64,000 bases of DNA from a virus: positions 1 to 64,000 of the IMG/VR virus record IMGVR_UViG_3300020478_000003; one strand, 5' to 3'. Under the pieces are notes generated by a model that was given only the letters and a program-made list of their open reading frames with translations, searched no databases and was not told the DNA's origin. Positions within the stretch are counted from its first letter, which is position 1. The number at the start of each line of letters is the position of its first letter. Positions 8,130 through 19,000 of this stretch are shown piece by piece. The position numbers and the translations under genes are program-made.

Positions 8130-10559
8130 ATGGCAGTATCACCAAGTAGTGTAATATCAGCCTCACAAGGAACAGGAACGTTTACAAGCGTTAATGATGC
8201 AATGGGATCCGTTGGATCCACAATGCGATCCCCGGCTACGGGGAAATTAAATCAAATGAGAAGTGATGCTAAGCCTCTGGATGTTACAGGTCAAGTAGAT
8301 AAGACCGCTCTAGAGGCGGCATATGGAGCTGATGGAACTGAAATCTGGGACACTCTTCAAGGAGTACAAGAAGTTTCAGATGGCTTTACTCATTGTGGAG
8401 ATTTTTTAGAAGATGCCCTGCTAGCCGCTACACGAGACTTTATACGAAATTCTGGAATTCAGCAAGCTGGTAGAGAATTATCTAGAGCATTAGGTCAGTA
8501 TGATGATATGCTTGATTGTGCCGCTGGATTTGCTACATTACTTGAATCTGAAGGTGTTATTGATGATGCTATGGGAATGGGTGATCTCCCTCAGCTTTCT
8601 AATAGAACAAGAACACTAGTTGAAGATATAACCAATGCCTCAAGCGTATCTAATATGCTTGCTAATTGTGCTGTTATTAGAAATCTAACAAACGATTTCA
8701 ATAATATGTGCGGAGAGATGATGGAGAAGGTTAATGATCTTATCGGAAAAGATGTCGCCGCACTGGCAGCCGCCCTTACCAAATTAGCCCAATGGGCAGC
8801 CTTTGCAAAGATGGCAACTTCCGATCCTTGTGCATTAGTCAATAATAACAGAATGCTCCAGCACGTAACGCAACCCGTTATGGAAGACATTGTTAAGTTA
8901 TATAAAGGAGCTACAGGGCAACTCGATGAGCCAGAAGAACCTGAACTTCCTCTTGCTGATGAAGTTGGTAAACCTCCCGGAACAGTTATTGATGTACCCA
9001 AACATAAGCAAGCCGCGATGGAAGGGCAACCTTCATTCGCACAAGTAGCTGATGATTTGCCTGTTGGAACAGAAGTAGTTGAACAACAAAAAGCGGCTTC
9101 TCCAACTGGAGGATATGATTCTACACCACCTGAATATGTTCCTGGTGTAGGATGGACAACTCCAAATGATCCAGATTTTCCCGAAGATGTTGAAGCAAAG
9201 TCAGATTTTTCAAAAGGACTTGAGAAAGGTGAAACTCCATTTAATAATTCAACCGAATCGTTTAAGAAGAATAAAGATGAAGTTGAATATAAGGCAGTAG
9301 CCGAAGATAAAAAGAAAGTCGCAAAAGTCCATAAAGTAGGATGGTGTACAGGTGGCACAAATGGAGGTACTAATAGAAATGAAGATGCTTGTAAAGCTAC
9401 AGATGGTGAATGGCACGAAAAGGAAATGACTGATAATGAGGTCAAAATGGCTGGTTCAGTAGAAGCGGCTATGGGACCAATAGCTAAGACTTTAGCAGAT
9501 GTTTTTCCAGAATACGAGGCTGGTCCACCACCAAGCAGTCCTTCCTCTGCTTTGAAAGATGTACAAAGACCCAAAATTACTCCTAAGAGTCGGGACGTTC
9601 CCTCAGATCCTGGGAATCCAATGATCATAACTAAAGAACGAGATGCACTTGAGGGAGTGGGTTCATTTTACGGAACTTGGACTACACCGAGAAAAGTAAC
9701 TCCATTTACTCCAGCAGGAGTAGATCCGATATTATCAAAACAGGGGGCTCCTGTACCAAAGTCTAGTGCAGATCCTAATGATCCAAAACCATTTGCGGTT
9801 CCAACTTATGTACAAGCAGGTTTAGGGGTATTACCTGGAACATTTCGATTGAGTGAAGGTGCCGCCTTGCTTCCACCAGATAGAACAACACAGAAATCTA
9901 ATATTGGTGGAGATATCTCGGATTATGATCAATCTAGAGAAGTGGTCGAATTAGCAATGAAAACGGGAGATTGGTCGCAAGTAGAGACTTGTGGTTGTGA
10001 ACCAAGACAGGCTATACCTGATGCAAAAGAAGTGGGAGCTTGTGATTTTTCAGATTTAGAATATCCTAATGGATATCAATTGGTTCCACCTGAAAATTAT
10101 ACTGAATCATTAATTGCTAAAGTAGACGCGGCTGAAGCGGCAGGAACTGGTGCTTATATTGTGGTAGATGATAATATTTACGAATCAGTAGAAGCAGTAA
10201 TAATGGCTCAATACGGTGCTACTTTAGTTGAACCTTTTGAGCCAGGAAAAGAAGTATGTCTAAAACATTCAGGTAAATGGTATGTTATTTCGGCAGCCGT
10301 ACGAGCCGTCTCTGGAGCAAGTGCTTCTATACAAATTGATAATGCAAAATCTAAAGCAGTATGTGAAGAAGCAAATGGACAATGGGTATGCAAAAAAGGT
10401 CAAGCAGGAGTTACAAATGCGAAAAAAGCAATACAATCTTATGGAAAGTTTACAAACAAAAAGAATGTAAATACAAGATCAAAATTACCAACAGAGAAAC
10501 CTTTTGATACTGATAAATTACCTAGTTTAGAATTTAGTAGAATAGGTAGCAATGGATAG
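8130..10559 (+). CDS. Unknown 809-aa protein between gp5 and PAAR; helical N-half, C-x-G-x-W modules in C-half
   Basis: Long ORF with a GGA RBS in the late operon; no family recognised. Confidence 0.8.
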   Translation: MAVSPSSVISASQGTGTFTSVNDAMGSVGSTMRSPATGKLNQMRSDAKPLDVTGQVDKTALEAAYGADGTEIWDTLQGVQEVSDGFTHCGDFLEDALLAATRDFIRNSGIQQAGRELSRALGQYDDMLDCAAGFATLLESEGVIDDAMGMGDLPQLSNRTRTLVEDITNASSVSNMLANCAVIRNLTNDFNNMCGEMMEKVNDLIGKDVAALAAALTKLAQWAAFAKMATSDPCALVNNNRMLQHVTQPVMEDIVKLYKGATGQLDEPEEPELPLADEVGKPPGTVIDVPKHKQAAMEGQPSFAQVADDLPVGTEVVEQQKAASPTGGYDSTPPEYVPGVGWTTPNDPDFPEDVEAKSDFSKGLEKGETPFNNSTESFKKNKDEVEYKAVAEDKKKVAKVHKVGWCTGGTNGGTNRNEDACKATDGEWHEKEMTDNEVKMAGSVEAAMGPIAKTLADVFPEYEAGPPPSSPSSALKDVQRPKITPKSRDVPSDPGNPMIITKERDALEGVGSFYGTWTTPRKVTPFTPAGVDPILSKQGAPVPKSSADPNDPKPFAVPTYVQAGLGVLPGTFRLSEGAALLPPDRTTQKSNIGGDISDYDQSREVVELAMKTGDWSQVETCGCEPRQAIPDAKEVGACDFSDLEYPNGYQLVPPENYTESLIAKVDAAEAAGTGAYIVVDDNIYESVEAVIMAQYGATLVEPFEPGKEVCLKHSGKWYVISAAVRAVSGASASIQIDNAKSKAVCEEANGQWVCKKGQAGVTNAKKAIQSYGKFTNKKNVNTRSKLPTEKPFDTDKLPSLEFSRIGSNG

Positions 10560-10568
10560 GAGAAAAAT

Positions 10569-10862
10569 ATGCCAGGAGTAGTAAGATTAGGAGATATGTG
10601 TACCGGACACGGATGTTTTCCGACTAGAACCGTTTTAAGTGCATCCTGGGATGTACTAGTTGATGGTTTGCCGGTTGTTAGGGTAGGGGATGTCTGGGAA
10701 TCTCACGGATGTTCAGTATGTGATTCGCACGATGCAATACAAGCAAGCGGTTCACCTAACGTATTAATCAATGGAATACCAGTAGCAAGAATTGGAGATT
10801 CACTATCCTGTGGTTCTACAAATCTTTCGGGGTCGGGAACTTGCATTATAGATGAAGCCTGA
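10569..10862 (+). CDS. gp5.4: PAAR spike-tip protein (gp5.4)
   Basis: VRLGD.CTGHGCFP, VVRVGD..H.C, GS.NV.ING.PVARIGD..CG. Confidence 0.93.
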   Translation: MPGVVRLGDMCTGHGCFPTRTVLSASWDVLVDGLPVVRVGDVWESHGCSVCDSHDAIQASGSPNVLINGIPVARIGDSLSCGSTNLSGSGTCIIDEA

Positions 10863-10873
10863 CCGATCCACAG

Positions 10874-10881
10874 TATAAATA
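10874..10881 (+). promoter_or_regulatory. T4-type late promoter
   Basis: TATAAATA about 20 nt upstream of gp25. Confidence 0.75.
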
Positions 10882-10900
10882 TGATATAACGAGATAAAGA

Positions 10901-11308
10901 ATGCCTGAACCGATACGAACAACTAGACTTAGAAAATATAGAGACATAGACCTAGATATGTTGGTTCATCCAATGACCAATGATGTTGTTGGTCGATCCG
11001 ATGTCGATGCTATTAATGGAAGTATCATTCGTATTATCAGAACACAACGCGGAGAACGTGTATTTCAAAGTGAATTTGGTTCAACGATATATCACTCACT
11101 TTTTGAGCCAATGTCCATCGAAACACGAGTTGTTTTAGAAGGAGCTATTGAGCAGGCAATTAGAAGATTTGAATCCAGATGTCGATTAGAAGGCGTATCA
11201 GTGGAAGCAGATCCAGACAGAAATGGGTATGAGGTAACCATCGTTTATACTCCCATAAATGAAGGTTCACCTGTAACACTCGATTTCTTCTTAAATAGAT
11301 TGAGGTAA
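10901..11308 (+). CDS. gp25: Baseplate wedge subunit gp25
   Basis: Y.DIDL...HP.T.D, AI..SI..I..T..GER.F..EFG, LFEP and I.RFE.R motifs. Confidence 0.93.
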   Translation: MPEPIRTTRLRKYRDIDLDMLVHPMTNDVVGRSDVDAINGSIIRIIRTQRGERVFQSEFGSTIYHSLFEPMSIETRVVLEGAIEQAIRRFESRCRLEGVSVEADPDRNGYEVTIVYTPINEGSPVTLDFFLNRLR

Positions 11309-11311
11309 CAA

Positions 11312-13081
11312 ATGGCGACAACTTTTAATCCAAAAGCATTAAATTTAAGTAATCTTGAGTTTGATGGAATAAAAAAGAACATTAAAGAGTTTATGAAAGG
11401 TCAAAACGAATTCATAGATTATGATTTCGAAGGATCTGGAATGAGTGTATTGCTCGATGTAATGGCATACACAACTCATTATATGGGATTTCACACTAAT
11501 ATGGCTATCAATGAATCTTTTCTTGATACTGCTACCCTCCGAAATTCCGTAGTATCTCACGCAAAATCAATTGGCTATGTTCCAAAATCTGCGACTTCCG
11601 CAGAAGCCATTGTTAAACTCACCTTTGATACTACTGGTACAGATCCTTCCTACATTGTTGTTGAAAAAGGAACGCAATTTGTTTCTAATATCAATGGAGT
11701 AGCATTACCTTTTACTAATCTTGAAACAGTAAATATATTTGCAGATGAAGGTGGAGAGTTCTCGGGAGAAATTAAACTCAATCAAGGCACATTAAAAGGT
11801 CTAGAATGGACAATGGATGCTACCTCAGAAACGCAAAAGTTTATAATTAGAGATCCATATTGCGATAGAGCAACCATAAGTATGATTGTTGCGGAATGGC
11901 CGTGGGAGAATAATCAAATTCTTTCTGAATTAGATAATAACTCTTCCGTTTTCTTCCTTCAAGAGGGACTAGATGGAGTCACAGAAATTTATTTCGGAAA
12001 TGGAATGTTTGGAAGACGACCTCTTGATGGACAACTAATTACAATTGCATATTTAAGTACGAATGGCGATGCCGGGAATTATACATCAACCGTTCAAGAA
12101 CAAACATTTGCTCTGGAATCAACAATTATGGAAGCCTATACGGCTTCAACGGTTACTGTAGAAACTGTAGATATTTCATCTTTAGGTGCTGAACAGGAAA
12201 GTACAGCAAACATCAAAGAAACTGCTCCAAGAGCATATGAACGACAAGATAGAGCGGTTACTGCCGAAGATTATAAAACGATTCTTGTAGAGAAATACCC
12301 AAATATTGACTCTATTGCAGTTTGGGGAGGAGAAGAAAACGATCCACCACAATATGGTGCTGTATTCATTTGTATCAAACCAAAGCACGGTTTAGAATTA
12401 TCTCCCTTGACGAAGAAAAGACTTACAGATGATATACTTTCCAAATACAATATGTTGGCTATTAATCCAATCATAACTGCACCAGAATACACGTATATTG
12501 ATGTAGAATCAACGGTTAAGTATGATCCAGTAAAGACTACATTATCCGCTGGTGAAGTTCAGACTAAAATTATATCAGAAATTGAAGATTTCTTTGAGAA
12601 GGAACTTGCACAATTTAAGGTAACTTTACGATATTCTAGACTTATTACTATTATTGATAGCACCGATAATTCTATCAGTAATAACTTAACCAACATCAAA
12701 ATGTATAAAAAGTTTTTCATTCAAGCATCCAATACAGTTGGTAACTATATTTTCAGATTTGACAATGCGATTACGGCAGGTACTGCTGTATCTTCTGTAT
12801 TCGGTAATTCAGAAGCCGGAACCCAATTTGCATTACTAGACGATGGGCAAGGAAACATTCTTTTATATGATATTGCGAATGAACAATTTTTAAATACTGA
12901 ACAAGGAACCATCGATTACGAAAATGGAATTATTGAGTTAATTGGATTTAACCCAGTTTTAGATACTAACACAGTAATAAGTTTGTATACTACACCTCAG
13001 TCAAATGACATTTCAGCAATCCGGAGTAATTTGCTAGTTCTACAAAACAGTAATATTTCAATGGTAAGTGTTAATGCTTGA
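11312..13081 (+). CDS. gp6: Baseplate wedge subunit gp6
   Basis: L.FD.IK...F.DYDFEGSG.SVLLD..AY.THY, ESFLD.A.LR.SVVSHAK, Q.RAVTAEDY and WGGE.N.PP.YG.VFI. Confidence 0.95.
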   Translation: MATTFNPKALNLSNLEFDGIKKNIKEFMKGQNEFIDYDFEGSGMSVLLDVMAYTTHYMGFHTNMAINESFLDTATLRNSVVSHAKSIGYVPKSATSAEAIVKLTFDTTGTDPSYIVVEKGTQFVSNINGVALPFTNLETVNIFADEGGEFSGEIKLNQGTLKGLEWTMDATSETQKFIIRDPYCDRATISMIVAEWPWENNQILSELDNNSSVFFLQEGLDGVTEIYFGNGMFGRRPLDGQLITIAYLSTNGDAGNYTSTVQEQTFALESTIMEAYTASTVTVETVDISSLGAEQESTANIKETAPRAYERQDRAVTAEDYKTILVEKYPNIDSIAVWGGEENDPPQYGAVFICIKPKHGLELSPLTKKRLTDDILSKYNMLAINPIITAPEYTYIDVESTVKYDPVKTTLSAGEVQTKIISEIEDFFEKELAQFKVTLRYSRLITIIDSTDNSISNNLTNIKMYKKFFIQASNTVGNYIFRFDNAITAGTAVSSVFGNSEAGTQFALLDDGQGNILLYDIANEQFLNTEQGTIDYENGIIELIGFNPVLDTNTVISLYTTPQSNDISAIRSNLLVLQNSNISMVSVNA

Positions 13082-13095
13082 TGGTGTAATTACAA

Positions 13096-16000
13096 ATGGC
13101 TCAAAAAGATAACTTTACTACACATCCTGCAAAGTTTCTCTCACTCTTTGTAGAAAGAATGGTACCCGATTATGTTCGGGAAGACCATCCGATGTTCATC
13201 ACTTTCTTACGCAAGTATTTTGAATACTTGGAAAGGGAAACTGATGCTAATGGTGAATTAGGTGAATATAGACAAATCACCGATCTAATTCAGAACTTAG
13301 ATGTAGACCACGCCTTAGATTCTTTTATTCCAGAGTTTGAGAAACAGTATCTTCACGGTACTCCTCATACTGCTGTTGATCCTACCATAGATACCACAGA
13401 TAAGGCTTTTCTTACTAAGAATATTCAGCCCATCTATCGCCAAAAGGGTACTACCAACGCCCTTAACTTTCTCTTCAGACGAGATTTTGACAGTTCTGTA
13501 GAAACCATATATCCTAAACAATGGATGTGGAGAGCATCTGGTTCAGTTTGGTATGAGCCAGAGTGGATTACAATATTGACTGACAAAGAGACTGAAGATT
13601 CCAATTCACCATATTATGGTGAAACTGAAAATGTGGTTGTTCCTGAAACAGTAAAATCACTTTATAATAAGAAGATTGTAGGACAAACTTCGGGTGCTAC
13701 CGCTTTCGTTGATATGCCTGAGGACGTAACTGTTTCGACTTATGAAAAGTTATTACTCACAGAAGTTAACGGAGTATTTCTCAAAGATGAAGAAGTCTGG
13801 GAAGATATAGGAACACAACTTAATGTAGTTCCCTTTAAAGCAAGAATTATTTCAGAAGGAATAAGAACAGAAGGTGAATGTATTATCAACGGTCACACTT
13901 GGCAAGATAAGTGGATGCACGTTACTGGTCATCCAAATGAAGTGCCTGTTCTGTTTGAGAAGCCGTTAATCACTGGTTTAACTAGTGGAGCTACTGCACA
14001 GATTAAAGGATTAGATGTAGATTACACCAAGATAAATTTACTGAATGTTAATCTCGACTTTCAGGAAGGAGAATACATTGTAAATACTCTTGCGTATCAA
14101 TATGACAGTTCATATCCAGGAGATGCACCTGTACAGTCTTTCTGTACAGTATCGCCCGACTGGCCGGCAGACCCAATAACGCAATATTCTCCATTCGATA
14201 ATATGATTGATTGTCAGGCGGCATTACATCCTGAAGGTAATGAGTCTGCATCTCCATATTTTGGTGAGCCAGCATTTTTAGAGTGGTATCCAGTTCTTGA
14301 ATTAACTACAGGAATTCAAACTGTAGAAAATACGATTCTTCAAAATATTACAGAACCTCCAGAAACAAGAGAAGCCTGCGATGCTCTTCTTGATTCTGTA
14401 GCCCAGCCTAATGTAAAAACTGCTGTTTGGAAAACAAATGGATACTGGTTAGATAGTGCAGGTTTCTTGTCTTCGGACAGAAAGATGCAAGATAATGATT
14501 ATTATCAAGACTTTTCATATGTTGTAAAATCTTCAGTTCCTGTCCAAGCATACAGAGAAGTATTAAAGAAACTTGTCCACCCAGTTGGACTAAAACTATT
14601 CGCTGAATTCTCATACGATTCTAACGTAGACTTGGTGGTGGAAATGCCCACCGATTATGTCAAGTGGTTCATTACGATATTTTCATATCTTGATGTTGCA
14701 ATGGACATCTGGGATGCAGAATCAGAACAACACGGAACCCTTGGACACGCTCATACTGGATTTGAATTATTCCTCGAGACAGGATTTGATGAGTATGTAG
14801 TAGAAGTATTGAAGTCGTTAGAAGTACGTTCTGGACTTGTTGGTTCTGAAGAGTGGGATAACCCATCGGATCACTTTTCTGTTAACTGGCAGATAGATGG
14901 TGGAAGAATTGGTTCACGAATTCAAGAAAAATTATATACAATTTCTTGGATTAATGATGAAGTTAAGATTGGTCTTGCGGCTATTCCACATACTACGGTA
15001 CTTGATTTCACTCAGCATCTACTTGTTCTCCCAATTAAAGAATTTCCACCAAGTGTTCAGGAAATGGAAATCTACGATGCCCGGGGCAATGAAGCTGATG
15101 GTCGAATGATTTCTTGTTCGGTTTGGGAACTTACAGTACAGAAAGCACTTCAGAGATTTATTTCTTGGCTCGAAGCATTTATTCCAGAAGCAGAATATGC
15201 TCCAGAAAAATCTTATGGACATTTTGAGACATATAGAGAAGACACCATTGTACACAAAGTATATGGTATGACCAATGATGTGATTGATTCTGTTCAAGTA
15301 GGAACATTTGAAAATGCGGCACATATCATACATAATCACGGACGTAAGAATGGTTTTGCTCCTGTAGTAGATACAAAACTTACTAAAGGTCAGACAGCAC
15401 CAGATTTAAGTGTAGGGGCTGCCGCCTTTCACGTACACGAATTTGAGGATCCAGTCTGTTCTGATACACAATATACAGATAAAGCCTCTTGTGAAACTGC
15501 GGGAGAAACTTGGGGTTATGTTGAAATTAAGAATTTAATTGTTCACGGGAAAACGGCAACTACTGCCCCAATGACGGTACAACAAGCAAGAGATTTAGTA
15601 AATCGAGATGCTTTTGAGATACCAAAATTCTTTGCTGATAAGCATACTACGGCTTTCTTTCCAGAAGCAACAAATCACGTTCACTTTTTTGAAGAAGGTG
15701 AAATAGTAGACAGACAAAGAGGACGGGTAGCAAATTGTTTACGAAGAGAAGAAGCAAGAGACTTAATTGATGGAAATATTGCTTCAGTTACTTTGTACGA
15801 TAATATTGGAAAACTGCAAGATTCTCAAGATCCTATAGAAGATGCTCAAGGAGTTCATCAAGGTGGTACAATAGAAAACGGAACTGGTGGGGTAATGACT
15901 GCCCACTATCACGAATATACGGTGACCTATGATTCTAATTGGGAAAACGGTACTGATTTTCAAGGTAATCCACTAACTCACGGATTTGTTTATACTCCAG

Positions 16001-19000
16001 TTGCTACTTGGGTATGTTTCAACTTTCATCCTGAATTAGGAGTTGGAGGTAATAATTTATGGGTAGATGAGTTGCAGACATATTGGGAACAGAACGTATT
16101 TGCCGTTGTTGATGATGCTACTATGCAGACCTTATTGGGCGAACCATCATTCACATTTCATCACCCTCAGGTTTGGAGTCCGACATTAAATCCAAATGTA
16201 GATTGGGTTGAATTATATTCAAGCAACTTTATTCAGAGTGTTCCTGGATCAGGAGACACAGGAGATTTGGTTGGTTCTGCTCTAATAACAGATCAAGTTA
16301 CAGATATTGCAACTATTGTAGCATATCCTATGGATCCAGATGTAGTTGCTATTGTAGATCAATCGGGAATTATCAATCTCTTAGATACCACTACTGGAGT
16401 TGTATCGTTATTCTTTGATTTAACAAATTTAAATCTTACTATTGGTCTTGGACCATTCGGAGCTTACGATGAACGAGGATGCTTAGGTCTTGCCTGGCAT
16501 CCCGATTATGCAAACAATGGTAAGTTTTATGTTTATTATATGACGGAACAAGGACCAGCTACAGGTGCATATGGATATCCACTTTCAACTACTATTATTT
16601 CTGAATTTACTGCTAATGTGGCTACAAATGCGGTAGATCCAGCAAGTGAAAGAATTCTTTTAACAATTCCACAGCCAGATATGAATCATAACGGTGGTCA
16701 ATTAGCATTTGGACCAGATGATATGTTGTATATCGGTCTTGGTGATGGTGGATCAGCGGGAGATACTTCAAGTTCAAGTGGTCACGGAGGACACGGTCTT
16801 TATGGTAATGCACAAAATCCATCTAATCTTCTGGGCACAATTCTTAGAATAGATCCAGCAGAAGACACAGTAGCCGGAACTCCGTATACAATTCCTGCAG
16901 ATAATCCATTCAAAGAGACACCTAGATTATACGGAGATACTGGGTTAGTATATTTCAAAGAAGAGATATGGGCTTACGGATTACGTAATCCTTGGCGTTT
17001 CTCTTTCGATACTCAAGGAAGATTGTGGTGTGCAGATGTTGGTCAAAATATGTGGGAAGAAATTAACATCATAGAAAAAGGTGGAAACTATGGTTGGAGA
17101 GTAATTGAAGGATATCACAATTACGAACAAGATCAGGCTATTATCGATCAAATTGCTCTTGATCTCCAATATGCAAACACAAATGAATTTTTAAATGATT
17201 TAAAACATCCGATTCACGAATATAGCCACGGTATTGGTATTAGTATTGTAAGTGGATTCGTATATCGAGGCACAGCATTAGATGGAATGCTAGGTAAATA
17301 TATATTTGGTGATTGGAGTAAGACTTGGTCTGGTACTTCTGGACACATATATTCACTAGAAGAAAATCCAGAAGGGCTTACCGCTTATTTCGACATAACT
17401 CCTAATGCGGTTAATGGTGCTAATCATAGTCATACTTGCGAATTGTCTCCAGCCCAAGTTGCTTCTTTACAAGCAAATCCCGGCTCTACTGTTTTTGTAG
17501 TTCAAAGCGATAATACCCACGCAGAACATTACACGCATACCTTTGAGATTATGTGGAATTCACAATTTAATCAGTGGAATCTAGTAAGTCAAACAAATTT
17601 AGAAAATCACGATGTATTTACATTCAGAGAATATTCAGATACTCCAGGTTGGACAAGAAAAGCACTTTCATTCTGGGATCCAGTTTCTGAAATAGTAACT
17701 CTCACAACTCACGACCGATCATTACTAACAATTGGTGAAGATACAAATGGTGAAATTTATCTCTCCACTCGTGTTGGTATTGATAGTTATCAAGGTACTG
17801 GACCTAACAATACTTCTATATACAAATTAACCGAAACATTCGATTCATCAACCGAAACTCCTGCACAAAGTCAGATACCAGCAGGTGAAATGGCTCACGT
17901 TCACGGATATAGAATAGAATATGATGCCGCCGCAGAAACATTTACGGCACAAGAAATTTCAGATATTGAAATGACTGTATGGGATGCGTTTTATCCAGTA
18001 TGGACTTACAATGATCCAGTATCTCATCTTCATCCCGTAACTGTTAGCTGGATACCTTCATTTGATGAAGAAATACAAATCGGATCTTCTGGTGGTTGGC
18101 ATTACAATACAAATAAAGTTCCACCAGTTTGGGAACCATATGATATTGGAGCTGATACTCCTTGGCAAGCACAAGTTGATGAAGAAGATGTTACTACCTA
18201 TATTGAAACTGCACCTATAGTAGAGATTTTAGGTGCTAACGAATATGGTCAAACTTCCCATATACACTACTTTGACGGTTCTGAACTAGATACATTTGGA
18301 CCAAATTCAGATAGACTTGCAATGCCCATTACAAGAATAGAAGCAGAACAATTAGCTAATGGAATTATAGCTGAAAAGATAGTTTTTTGTTCAATAGCAA
18401 ATTCTGGATTACACGAGCATTATCACAAATATAGCATTACTTACAATACTGCTACAAAACAATTTCAAGCCGATGAAATAGAAGAATTATGGGACACTCA
18501 GGGAACTGGTCAATGGACTCCAGTTGATGAAATTAATAAAACACACGAACATCCAATAGCCGTGAATGGAATTATGACACATTTGGGCTGGAATGGTCAA
18601 CCTCTTTATAATGCTCCTGATATTACATTATCCCACGCACACGATTGGGACGAACTTCAAGGTTCTGAAGCTGACCATTTACACTCATTTAATGGAACAT
18701 ATCTAGACACAATTGGAGCAAATGCAGGACGACAATCGTTGGCATTAGATGATAATCAAACAACGGATTTGATTAATGGAGATATTGATTCGGTTAAATT
18801 ATACACAAGTATTGCAACAGGAGATCATTATCACGCAGTTACCGTAACATATGACGAAAATAATTTGGCATTCATAGCAACGGATGTAGAAAAATGGTCA
18901 TCGGCTGATGGATTACAATTCTATTTGGAAGATCCTCGTACTCACGCTCACCCAACAAATGTACAAGGATTAGCAAGTCAGCCTGGATTCAATGAAATGA

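Noticed and set aside
8591-9628. 345-aa antisense ORF
   Set aside because: It is a shadow of the 809-aa gene: Ser/Gly-rich composition typical of a reverse frame, with no RBS or promoter.
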